64,000 bases of DNA from IMG/VR virus record IMGVR_UViG_3300025012_000027, positions 62,001 to 126,000 of that record; one strand, given 5' to 3'. A program made the translations under genes and the position numbers. This document shows, piece after piece, positions 37,992 to 46,483 of the stretch. The stretch's first letter is position 1; each line of letters starts with the position of its first letter. The notes under the pieces are model-generated. The model was given only the letters and a program-made list of their open reading frames with translations. It made no database searches and had not been told where the DNA came from.

Positions 37992-38282
37992 TATACTATG
38001 AGTACAACATTCAAACAAGCATTGATCAAGATTCGCCCACTTATAAAGAGTGGCGAAGCAAGTTACATCTGTGTTGCATTATACATGACCGATAACTTCA
38101 AGTTCGATGGCCGCATCCACCGTCAGCTGGTTGATGCTATGGGTAACTCATGTAGTTCATATGAACAATGGATGTATATGACACATCGAGCAGTGAGTCG
38201 TAAAATGACTGCTCGCGATTACAGAGAAGGTCGACTTCAATGGATCGACCATATGATTGCTCAAGAAACTGTGTTATAATAT
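37937..38282 (+). repeat. 58-bp perfect direct repeat (37937-37994 / 38225-38282)
   Basis: agaaggtcgacttcaatggatcgaccatatgattgctcaagaaactgtgttataatat; contains the stop codon and the promoter motif. Confidence 0.95.
37998..38279 (+). CDS. Hypothetical protein, GRLQWIDHMI family paralog 3
   Basis: Tandem paralog of 37710. Confidence 0.7.
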   Translation: MSTTFKQALIKIRPLIKSGEASYICVALYMTDNFKFDGRIHRQLVDAMGNSCSSYEQWMYMTHRAVSRKMTARDYREGRLQWIDHMIAQETVL

Positions 38283-38299
38283 TTTAAAAGGAGTTTGAC

Positions 38300-38566
38300 A
38301 TGACAATGACCGCAGAAGAATTTTCCAGTCAATTTGTTGACGAATATGGCGACGTAAACGATCCGAGTATACCGCTAGTGTATGTGGGTGATGAACAGAT
38401 TGAAATGAAGATGGTTTACACTTCAAACGTATACCAGTGCGGGGAGCAGTTCTTTGAGGTGATGCTTGCAAGGTCTAACTCCGGGTATTGGGGTGATGCA
38501 GAATACGAGGATCCACAGGTCTCGGAAGTATTCCCATATACCTTTACCGAGACTCGATACAAATAG
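38300..38566 (+). CDS. Hypothetical protein
   Basis: AAGGAG RBS. Confidence 0.65.
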   Translation: MTMTAEEFSSQFVDEYGDVNDPSIPLVYVGDEQIEMKMVYTSNVYQCGEQFFEVMLARSNSGYWGDAEYEDPQVSEVFPYTFTETRYK

Positions 38567-38688
38567 GAACTATCATGAAAAAGAAATTTTATCGCATTGG
38601 ATATGAGATTGGCAAAACTGTTTCTCATATTGCGTTGTTTGTAAACTACATGATGTTCCCCTTCAAGTAATTTGTGTTATAATTCGGT

Positions 38689-38940
38689 ATGATCACAAAA
38701 TTTAACTCCTTTGTAGCAGGTATCCCATGTATCATCCAAGTCGATGATTATGAGCCTACTATCCCAGGACATCGTAGAGGACATCCCGATAATTGGGAAG
38801 ATGACATCGTTGGATACTTCGACTATACGATTTGTGATCGAACCGGCCGCCCAGCACCTTGGTTGGATAAAAAAGAAACTGAAGCTGATCAGGCCCAAAT
38901 TTTGGAAGACTTTCTCGAGGCCTTGAAAAATGATCAATAA
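38689..38940 (+). CDS. Conserved phage hypothetical protein
   Basis: VAGIPC...DRTGRPAPWL.KK. Confidence 0.7.
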   Translation: MITKFNSFVAGIPCIIQVDDYEPTIPGHRRGHPDNWEDDIVGYFDYTICDRTGRPAPWLDKKETEADQAQILEDFLEALKNDQ

Positions 38941-39160
38941 ACATTACGAATGGCGAAAGATCAACGACGACGGATCCTTAGCATATACTGACGAACTCGG
39001 ACCATACTTCGATCGAGATCGAACGCTGCGAGATGGAGCGTGGAATACCGAGGCCGAGGCCGTTGCAGCGCTTGAAGCGTGCGCGACCAAATATACTATA
39101 TACGGATCGAATCGACTATTAGTATTGCTAACTGTATATGAGGCTCCCTGTGAAATTTAA
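38930..39160 (+). CDS. Hypothetical protein
   Basis: Tiled ORF. Confidence 0.5.
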   Translation: MINKHYEWRKINDDGSLAYTDELGPYFDRDRTLRDGAWNTEAEAVAALEACATKYTIYGSNRLLVLLTVYEAPCEI

Positions 39161-39404
39161 CGGATATAACGTTGTCGTAACGAGAGACATTCCTAAAATG
39201 ACGTTGTCTCCTGGGGATTATGTTACGCTCGAATTTCGTAAAGAAATGGACGCCTGGTTGCTACAATTCTTTGGATCAACCAATCTTCTAAAAGATGGTG
39301 AATCGATGGTGACTGAATTAGATAAGAAGATCTTTATGAATCCTCGCACATACCATATTCTTAAAAAACAAGCATATAACTATGGCGTTAACGATTATGT
39401 TTGA
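39138..39404 (+). CDS. Hypothetical protein
   Basis: EFRKEMDAWLLQFFG...MNPRTY. Confidence 0.55.
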   Translation: MRLPVKFNGYNVVVTRDIPKMTLSPGDYVTLEFRKEMDAWLLQFFGSTNLLKDGESMVTELDKKIFMNPRTYHILKKQAYNYGVNDYV

Positions 39405-39810
39405 TAAATATACACAATTTCATAATACGCCTGTCAACACGACTGTCACCATCACCGAGAAACGAGCGCCTACAGACGAAAGCGTAAAATTGCTTCGTGA
39501 AATGGAAGCATCTGCCGCAGCATCGGTGTTGAACAGTGTACGCCTCGAAAACTGCGAACTTGACATTGTGTTGCATCACATGCGAGACCAATTTGCATTA
39601 GATTTGCTCATTGCTATTAACTATCGATTGGGTGGTACTCGAGTGACCCTCTACCATACTGTCCGAGATTTAGGTGAACCGAGAACTGTGCTCAATGAGC
39701 GAATATCGCGAGAACTGGTCGCAATTCTCTCTAACAGCATTGCCGTTAACATGCTAAAGTCTGTATCGCCGACCACTATGAAGCAACTTTTTCAATCAAA
39801 TACACTATGA
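39397..39810 (+). CDS. Hypothetical protein
   Basis: EKRAPTDESVKLLREME. Confidence 0.6.
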   Translation: MFDKYTQFHNTPVNTTVTITEKRAPTDESVKLLREMEASAAASVLNSVRLENCELDIVLHHMRDQFALDLLIAINYRLGGTRVTLYHTVRDLGEPRTVLNERISRELVAILSNSIAVNMLKSVSPTTMKQLFQSNTL

Positions 39811-40157
39811 CTACCCGAACACTCGATGAGCTATATGCAGAACAAACCGCCCTGAAAGAGCGTCTGCGCGAAAATAATGAATCAATCTCAGCTGCATTGA
39901 AAAAGACGCTGGTAAAGTGTACTACCAGCGTCTTGGGCAAGGGGTGTGGACAAGCTCTAGAAATTGGAGATCTCGAATACATGCAAACACACTATTATGT
40001 TCGGCCAACCGGCTGTACCGGTGGTGATTATTGGAATGAGTCTGAAGGTCTATTCGTGTGTCCAGAATGTGGGACAACCAACCGATTGTATGATCGACCT
40101 GACATCACTCGGCTGAAACACTTGTTCAAAACAGTGATTAATGTTCACAATGATTGA
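39807..40157 (+). CDS. Zinc-ribbon hypothetical protein
   Basis: QTHYY..P.GCTGGDYW...CPECG. Confidence 0.65.
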   Translation: MTTRTLDELYAEQTALKERLRENNESISAALKKTLVKCTTSVLGKGCGQALEIGDLEYMQTHYYVRPTGCTGGDYWNESEGLFVCPECGTTNRLYDRPDITRLKHLFKTVINVHND

Positions 40158-40166
40158 AAGACTGCT

Positions 40167-40373
40167 ATGAAACACCTTATTTGGAAATATCGCTTTGCAA
40201 TGTATCTCGTACAATATGGGGCATTGTTCGACGATGGTTGGGACGCTGCTGAGAATTGGGTTAATGCCGATCTACCACTTGGCGTTCCGGAAACTGCGGC
40301 ACTCGTCGAACGGGTGTTTATGCTAGGTCCAGACTTGGCAGACTCACTAATTATTAATTTTGAAAGACCTTGA
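40167..40373 (+). CDS. Hypothetical protein
   Basis: Tiled ORF. Confidence 0.45.
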   Translation: MKHLIWKYRFAMYLVQYGALFDDGWDAAENWVNADLPLGVPETAALVERVFMLGPDLADSLIINFERP

Positions 40374-40768
40374 ACATGCACATGCCAATTGTCAAACTAG
40401 AAGTTGAGGGGATGAAGTATGCTATGTATACTGCACTTTCCGAACATGCGGCTCAAATTGACGAGAATATCAAGCAATCCGTCGATGCATATTGTACTTC
40501 GGGTAACATCGCAAGCGTAATTGACCAAGAAGTTCGAATCGTATTAGACGCGGCAATCAAGGAAGAGATTCGAAATTTCTTCAGGTATTCGACGCCTGGA
40601 AGACTAGCAATTCGAGAGGCGATCGAGCATCATCTTAACGAAGTGTATCCAGTTTCGAGTGAGTCTGAGTTGGTGAAATGTGTATACTGCGGGTGTTCGG
40701 ATGGAGAGTTGGCCCCGTATGGTCCAAAAGGCGAAATGGTTTGTTTAGCATGTTTGGAGATATCATGA
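40370..40768 (+). CDS. Hypothetical protein with C-terminal CxxC...CxxC finger
   Basis: Ends KCVYCGCSDGELAPYGPKGEMVCLAC. Confidence 0.55.
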   Translation: MNMHMPIVKLEVEGMKYAMYTALSEHAAQIDENIKQSVDAYCTSGNIASVIDQEVRIVLDAAIKEEIRNFFRYSTPGRLAIREAIEHHLNEVYPVSSESELVKCVYCGCSDGELAPYGPKGEMVCLACLEIS

Positions 40769-41034
40769 AATGTGTATATTGCGGCTGCTCGGACGACGAA
40801 TTGCGGCCATATGGTCCGAATGGCAGTATGGTGTGTTTTGCCTGTGCGATGTTGACTCCTGATCGAGAAGAAGAAACAAAGAAAAACTTCATATCGCAAT
40901 TGGAAACCATTTCAGGAGTAGCTGTAATTGGGTCAGACGCTGGGCCATACCCGCTTGAACACAATCCCGTTATGGCTAGTATTGTCAAAGACCTTCTAGA
41001 ATTCGATTCTAGTGCCAAGCACAGTGTCCAATGA
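40765..41034 (+). CDS. Hypothetical protein with N-terminal CxxC...CxxC finger
   Basis: GGAG RBS, ATG 40765; MKCVYCGCSDDELRPYGPNGSMVCFAC. Confidence 0.65.
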   Translation: MKCVYCGCSDDELRPYGPNGSMVCFACAMLTPDREEETKKNFISQLETISGVAVIGSDAGPYPLEHNPVMASIVKDLLEFDSSAKHSVQ

Positions 41035-41072
41035 AACAGACGCTCATAGACGGTTATATTGGAGAATAGAGT

Positions 41073-41288
41073 ATGTGGTACAGTATAAAGAAGTTATTTA
41101 ATACTAGTGGTGTCAAAGCTGATCGCAAACGTATCAAAGATGTGATCCTTAGTTTGCGCACTAGGGCTAGCATCCGTAGGCAGATCGCCACTCGCAAAAG
41201 CGTACAGGAAGGTAAGCCGGACAGAATCTGCGACTTGCTTGAAGAAGCAGCAAACGAACTTGATCGGTTACTTAAAATTCATTATTGA
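41073..41288 (+). CDS. Conserved phage hypothetical protein
   Basis: RASIRRQIATRKSVQEGKPDRI.DLLEEAA. Confidence 0.65.
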   Translation: MWYSIKKLFNTSGVKADRKRIKDVILSLRTRASIRRQIATRKSVQEGKPDRICDLLEEAANELDRLLKIHY

Positions 41289-41293
41289 TAGTG

Positions 41294-41323
41294 CTTGACT
41301 GGTTGTCAAGATGGTTGTATAAT
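41294..41323 (+). promoter_or_regulatory. sigma70 promoter with an inverted repeat over the -35
   Basis: TTGACT(41295)-17 nt-TATAAT(41318); CTTGAC-N5-GTCAAG at 41294-41310. Confidence 0.75.
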
Positions 41324-41359
41324 ACGATTTTAGCGAACATTTACAAAGAAGGATATATC

Positions 41360-41995
41360 ATGGAACAGATGTCGGTTACTCGTGGATTAGTTGAATTGAA
41401 ACGTTTGGATGCCCGGATCAAGTCCGCGGTGTTGTCCGGCCAATTCGTTGGTCGAACTGTTGGTAAAAATAACTTTCGCAAGGTTGTTGGGGTGGCCGAT
41501 TCAGTTGAGGCAGTTTCTGCAAAGATTCAATCATCGTTCGATTCCGTCGATTCGTTGATCGCAAATCGTGAGCGGATCAAGTCAGCTATTGTGTTGTCTA
41601 ATGCAACCACACAGGTCACGGTTCTCGGTCGTGGTATGACTGTCGCTGAAGCGATTGAGTTGAAATCATCGGTTGATTATCGTCAAGCATACTTGAATCA
41701 GTTGCGCCAACAGCTAACTCGTGAATCAGTCGAGGTCGAGAAGGCAAATGCCGCATTGGATGCGACGATCGAGGTGTCGTTAAATAACATTTATGGGGCT
41801 GAGAAATCCAAGATTGCTGAAGATACATATGCTTCCGTAGCTAATCCTCAGAAAAATCAAAAGGAGGCTGCGTTGCTGGACCCGATGGGTATCTCGGCTC
41901 GTATCCAAAAGCTGACAGAGGACATCTCGAACATTGAATCTGAATTGGACTTCACTCTGTCTGAGTCAAACGCTCGGACAATGATCTCCGTTTAA
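41360..41995 (+). CDS. Coiled-coil protein (DUF6847/DIP1984-like)
   Basis: AAGGA RBS; MSVTRGLVELK, SNATT.V, MTVAEAIELK, LLDP, ELDFTLSESNART. Confidence 0.7.
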   Translation: MEQMSVTRGLVELKRLDARIKSAVLSGQFVGRTVGKNNFRKVVGVADSVEAVSAKIQSSFDSVDSLIANRERIKSAIVLSNATTQVTVLGRGMTVAEAIELKSSVDYRQAYLNQLRQQLTRESVEVEKANAALDATIEVSLNNIYGAEKSKIAEDTYASVANPQKNQKEAALLDPMGISARIQKLTEDISNIESELDFTLSESNARTMISV

Positions 41996-42000
41996 ATTTT

Positions 42001-42255
42001 GTTGCTTGTCATAGTCGAACGAACGAAATATGACTGTTCTTTGGGGGCGAGAACTAAAAGCACCCCCGCCATAACTTTATATGTTAAGAACGGAAACTTA
42101 ACGGTCAACGTTTAACGGTCAAGAGTTATCGGTCAGAGGTCAACGATTTTTATATCAACCTTGAAAGTTTAAACTCCAAAGGTCTTTTAAATCCTGAATC
42201 TGGTTCTTGGTTAGTCAGCCACCGTGAGTACCCCAGGCTGACTATGATGAGCAAC
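42001..42255 (+). ncRNA. Candidate structured non-coding RNA with phased heptamer repeats
   Basis: 16-bp end-closing stem 42001-16/42240-55 (two G-U pairs) then U-tract; internal pseudoknot; 11 heptamers; no ORF in track. Confidence 0.7.
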
Positions 42256-42451
42256 TTTTTCTTTTTATAATATGTTTTTAGCTTACGTGACACTGCTAGT
42301 TAAAGGTGAACAAACTGTGTTCGCCATCATCGGTAAAGATGAATCACAAATCTTGGAACGATCATTGAAGTATGGAACAGATCCAACGATCGTTTCTGAA
42401 TTGTATTGTTTGGGGGATGACTGGCGATACTAAATATAGTAAAGGATCTAT

Positions 42452-42715
42452 ATGACATATCAAAACCACTCTATCACCGATGCATACAAGCGTATGCGAA
42501 CACCAATCTTTGAATCGGCGGTTATGCCATATAACGGTGATCGCGTTGCTCGAAATCTGCGCAATCCACGATATTTAGCTGCTATCCATGGATTTCATGA
42601 TGTGGATGTTAGTTCACTCCCAGACGACCACCAGCATAAACAGATTTATGATCAGTTCACTGACGCCGACAAAGCCGAATACGCTGAGTGGAAACCAAAG
42701 TTCGACCAGCGGTAA
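42452..42715 (+). CDS. Late hypothetical protein, possible internal head protein
   Basis: TAAATA at 42431, AAGGA RBS; SITDAYKRM...IFE leader. Confidence 0.6.
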   Translation: MTYQNHSITDAYKRMRTPIFESAVMPYNGDRVARNLRNPRYLAAIHGFHDVDVSSLPDDHQHKQIYDQFTDADKAEYAEWKPKFDQR

Positions 42716-42732
42716 CATTTTACGCAATCAAC

Positions 42733-42752
42733 AATCCCGGTTTCCCGGGATT
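42733..42752 (+). terminator. Hairpin, probable terminator
   Basis: AATCCCGG-TTTC-CCGGGATT after stop; weak U-tract. Confidence 0.45.
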
Positions 42753-42806
42753 CGTCATCTGTGAAAGATATTGTTGCATTCTCGTCCAAGCATGTTATAA
42801 TACGGC

Positions 42807-43058
42807 ATGTCTTACAAAATGCACGTTACTGGAAATCGAGTCACATTCGCCTTGGCAAAGCAATTCGCAAAGGATCATGGCTTCATATTGATGCCAGCGT
42901 ATGTTCATGGAACTTGGTTTTGTTTTGACATTGGTCGCAAGCCACACTATCCAGATGCCGCAAAAGCAGCAAAGGCATTCTTCGTAGATGTCATTGTCGA
43001 GACTACCAAAGAACGTGGGTTGCGGGTTGAAAGATTTGTTATGGACTTTCATTCTTAG
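42807..43058 (+). CDS. Hypothetical protein
   Basis: ATG 5 nt after TATAAT. Confidence 0.55.
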   Translation: MSYKMHVTGNRVTFALAKQFAKDHGFILMPAYVHGTWFCFDIGRKPHYPDAAKAAKAFFVDVIVETTKERGLRVERFVMDFHS

Positions 43059-43098
43059 AACTTTTATGTTATAATACTGTTAACAAGGAAACTATATT

Positions 43099-43395
43099 AT
43101 GTCAAAGATTACGCGAGCAACAGTCAAATCTTTTGTTAAGAAAAATGCCGATAAGCTGTTGATCAGCACGGTATCAGATTTTGACGGTCAGGTGGATGGA
43201 TTAGTTCGATGCGCAGACCAATCATTTGGGTCGGCCGTAAAAGCAGATTACTTTCACGATAACAATCTCGGAATACATGGTATTTGGTTGGTCAGTGGTA
43301 GTCGAAATTATTTCACCGAATACTCAAAGCAAGGATTGATCGGGATTGAGGTTAGTAATTGCTGTGGTAGCTTTATTGTCGCTATCAAGGAGTGA
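43099..43395 (+). CDS. Conserved phage hypothetical protein
   Basis: KITRATVKSFVKKN...FDGQVD...GIWLV..SR...NCCG. Confidence 0.7.
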   Translation: MSKITRATVKSFVKKNADKLLISTVSDFDGQVDGLVRCADQSFGSAVKADYFHDNNLGIHGIWLVSGSRNYFTEYSKQGLIGIEVSNCCGSFIVAIKE

Positions 43396-43589
43396 CCATG
43401 CAGCAGATTGTATTGACTCGGGAGCAGATTTTTAAGTTAACTGTGTTCGCATCACAGCTTCCAGAGGTTAACGAGTTCACGATCGAGTCGGATTGCGCGT
43501 CTGGGATAGGTGAGCGAATTCTTGCTAAATGCGATCTATTCGCAAAAAACGACGCGACACTCGATATCAGCGAATATGATAAATTTTAA
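43392..43589 (+). CDS. Hypothetical protein
   Basis: SGIG...DISEY; AAGGAG RBS. Confidence 0.6.
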   Translation: MTMQQIVLTREQIFKLTVFASQLPEVNEFTIESDCASGIGERILAKCDLFAKNDATLDISEYDKF

Positions 43590-43608
43590 GTTTTTATAAG
43601 GGGTTATT

Positions 43609-44457
43609 ATGTTTTTAGTTATTGTTAGTTTGTTGGGGTCGTTGGTCCTGGCGGTTGGATTATACGCAGTTCTTGACTTTCGAGCGTTGTATTCTGGAAT
43701 TGCGGGGATTGCTGTGTTCGTGATTGCTTTGTTGGTGGGCAGCTTTACCGTTATCAGCGCTGGTCACACTGGAGTACAGGTTACTCTGGGAGAAGTTAAT
43801 ATCGTTCCGTTGACTGAGGGGGTTCATTTAGTTAACCCGATTAGCTCGGTGAAAGATGTCGATGTAAGGCTGCAGAAAGCAGAGCTGAAAGGAGCCAATG
43901 CTGGGACCAAAGATTTGCAGGTGGTGCATACTGATATCGTGGTGAATTACCGATTGAATGCACCAAAAGTTCCTCATATCTACAAAGAATTTGGACTCAA
44001 CGTTGATGAGAAAGTTCTTGGCCCGGGCATCAATGAAGCGTTCAAGAGCGTCACTGGACACTTTACCAGTGAAGAATTGATCACGAAACGAGATATCGTG
44101 AGTCAAGAAATTCTCGAGCATTTGAAGACTAAGATGGCTCCGTTTAATATCGATGTTAGTGGGATCAGTTTGGTAAACTTTGGATTCAGTCCGGAGTATC
44201 AGAAAGCCATCGAAGCCAAGGTTATTGCTACACAATCAAAGTTGAAAGCTGAACAGGATCTTGCACGTATTGAAGTTGAGGCGCGTAGTCGAATTGCTCA
44301 AGCTAAGGGCGAAGCTGAAGCGATCAGTATCCAAGCTCAGGCGATTCAATCAAATGGCGGGGCTCAGTACGTGCAACTTCAAGCCATCGAAAAGTGGAAT
44401 GGGCAGCTTCCAACGACTGTCTTGAGCGGTAGTGTCCCGTTTGTAAATATCAAATAA
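43609..44457 (+). CDS. SPFH/band 7 (prohibitin-like) membrane protein
   Basis: Two TM helices, TKDLQVV, AIEAKV, AKGEAEA, IEKWNGQLP. Confidence 0.92.
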   Translation: MFLVIVSLLGSLVLAVGLYAVLDFRALYSGIAGIAVFVIALLVGSFTVISAGHTGVQVTLGEVNIVPLTEGVHLVNPISSVKDVDVRLQKAELKGANAGTKDLQVVHTDIVVNYRLNAPKVPHIYKEFGLNVDEKVLGPGINEAFKSVTGHFTSEELITKRDIVSQEILEHLKTKMAPFNIDVSGISLVNFGFSPEYQKAIEAKVIATQSKLKAEQDLARIEVEARSRIAQAKGEAEAISIQAQAIQSNGGAQYVQLQAIEKWNGQLPTTVLSGSVPFVNIK

Positions 44458-44476
44458 CACATAACCTAGGTCTATC

Positions 44477-44869
44477 ATGAAGCTCTTCTACGCTTGTATT
44501 TTAACTCTGGTAAGCATGACATCATATGCTCAGGAGTGGGTACCGTTATCGCAATCAGGTGATATCTCCTACGAGATCCTCGCTGGGTCTATTAGAGTTA
44601 TCAAGGCGGAAAAAGACTCCGTGGTGGTTGGTACTGGACGCGTCGTAACCCTAACTGATAATACTATTACCGCCGAACTGTGGGCAGTGCCAATCGCCCA
44701 TTGTAGGGTTAAGCGGGGCGTACTAGTAGTGCTTGATGTCTTGGGCGAGGTCAAAAGTCGACATAGCTTTGTATATGGCCTAGGAACTGTTGCTGCAGAT
44801 GTAGCAGAAATCATGTGTCGCGTCGCGTTGGACGCTCAAACTAGCAAACCCCCGAAAGTGAATGTATGA
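44477..44869 (+). CDS. Secreted hypothetical protein
   Basis: Signal peptide ending SYA; two Cys. Confidence 0.6.
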   Translation: MKLFYACILTLVSMTSYAQEWVPLSQSGDISYEILAGSIRVIKAEKDSVVVGTGRVVTLTDNTITAELWAVPIAHCRVKRGVLVVLDVLGEVKSRHSFVYGLGTVAADVAEIMCRVALDAQTSKPPKVNV

Positions 44870-45420
44870 CCACTGTATATGATTATTTTAGTTCTATTGG
44901 CCGGGCGATGACCGCATCTGAATACTACGGTTGGGATTGTTATGGTCCGACTGCAAGGGTTGTAGACCACTGGCGACAAGGTGATAATGAGTTAACGGCA
45001 TGCTGTGTTTTTGATTCTGTTACATCGGTAGTGTATGAACTTGATCTATGTATGGTTGCAGAAAGGACTGCTCTTCGCTGGATAAATCCAGAGTATGAAA
45101 ATACATATCTAGCAGAGGCTGAGAATCGACAAATCTCTGATGTTGCTTGGGACGACGTCGAGTTTCAACGAGTTTCGTCTGCGGATACCATGCTGTCTCT
45201 TATACGCAAAGTAGTCGATGATCCATCAGTCACGTTGTCAGATGCGGCATCTGCATTGGATAACCCAGTCGACACATCTGAGATTCGGCTTGAACTTACA
45301 GAAGATGAGATGTTCAAATTGATGAAGATGGCCCATGAACATGACGTCAGTTTAAATCTGTTTGTTAGTTTGATCTTGCAGAAATATGTTGATGAATATC
45401 AGGAGAACAATAATGGCTAG
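44866..45420 (+). CDS. Conserved phage hypothetical protein
   Basis: SEYYGWDCYG...RWINPEY...AWDDV...LMKMAHE.D.SLN. Confidence 0.7.
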   Translation: MTTVYDYFSSIGRAMTASEYYGWDCYGPTARVVDHWRQGDNELTACCVFDSVTSVVYELDLCMVAERTALRWINPEYENTYLAEAENRQISDVAWDDVEFQRVSSADTMLSLIRKVVDDPSVTLSDAASALDNPVDTSEIRLELTEDEMFKLMKMAHEHDVSLNLFVSLILQKYVDEYQENNNG

Positions 45421-45730
45421 GTCGGTGATTATGATGACGGATGGTGTTGAAGTTAAGAAAGTCCCGATCGGATATTCTTGGACGGTGCTTTTCTTCAGCG
45501 GATTTCCGTGCTTGTTTAGGCAAGATTGGGTGTGGGGAGCAGTTCTAATCCTGTGCAATCTCTTTAGTTATGGTATTGTGGGCATCGTATGCTCGTTCTT
45601 CTATAACAAAGTTTATGCTAAGACCCTAGTGGATCGAGGATTCTATATCCACCATTTGCCGCCAACTGAATCAAACGAGTCAATCCTCGCATACTTAGGT
45701 TACTTGAAATTTCCGCATTCGAAAGTTTGA
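45413..45730 (+). CDS. DUF2628-like membrane protein
   Basis: VPIGYSWT..FF..FP.LFR.DW...FYNK.Y. Confidence 0.65.
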   Translation: MARSVIMMTDGVEVKKVPIGYSWTVLFFSGFPCLFRQDWVWGAVLILCNLFSYGIVGIVCSFFYNKVYAKTLVDRGFYIHHLPPTESNESILAYLGYLKFPHSKV

Positions 45731-45832
45731 TGGTTGGTTGGGCTCTTAAATAGGCTCTACGGAATAACGTGTTGAATTCATGATTTAGGTTTATACTCAT
45801 AAAACGGATTAACGTGTAGAAAAGGATTCGAT

Positions 45833-46480
45833 ATGACAAAAGAACGCTTCGGGGTGGCTGAACTCATCCTTCGGGAGGTTTGCGAGATGGACCCCGATGA
45901 CCCGGAGAAGAGCGACACCATTTGTATTGATGTGTCCACCTTGAAGCGGGTTATTGACGCCCACATTAGTGAGACGGACGAGCGCCACGGGCTGGACAGC
46001 GACACTCGCGTCTGCTTCTATGAGCAGGATTTTTACGTCCTGTCGAACTTCAGCTCGTTCAATCTTGTTGGCGGGTTCTATGGAAGCCCCCAGTCTGATG
46101 GCATCACATTCGCTACCAGTGAGCACGCCTATCACTGGCATAAGTTCCAGCCGACCGACAGCGATTTGGCCGATGCCATTCTGTTCGCGCCGTCTGCTCA
46201 CGACGCCTTTAAGCTTGCCGAGCGCAACAAGGTAAATCGTTGGGACCGATGGGACGAATTCAAGGTGGAAATCATGCGCGACATCCTGCGAGCCAAAGTG
46301 ACCCAGCACGAATACGTGCGCCGAAAGCTCCTGGCGACAGGCGACCGCGAACTGGTTGAGAACTCGTGGCGCGATGACTTTTGGGGGTGGGGACCAACCC
46401 AGGATGGCGCAAACATGCTGGGCAAGCTTTGGATGGAAATCAGAGCCGAAATCCGCGCAAAGGATACCCCTGACAATTGA
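45833..46480 (+). CDS. NADAR (YbiA-family) hydrolase
   Basis: LSNF, TSEHAYHWHKF, AKVTQH, LLATG, LVENS..D.FWG, GANMLGKLWMEIR. Confidence 0.92.
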   Translation: MTKERFGVAELILREVCEMDPDDPEKSDTICIDVSTLKRVIDAHISETDERHGLDSDTRVCFYEQDFYVLSNFSSFNLVGGFYGSPQSDGITFATSEHAYHWHKFQPTDSDLADAILFAPSAHDAFKLAERNKVNRWDRWDEFKVEIMRDILRAKVTQHEYVRRKLLATGDRELVENSWRDDFWGWGPTQDGANMLGKLWMEIRAEIRAKDTPDN

Positions 46481-46483
46481 TGG

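Noticed and set aside
37937-38282. Diversity-generating retroelement TR/VR pair
   Set aside because: The copies are identical rather than differing at adenines, and there is no reverse transcriptase in the window.
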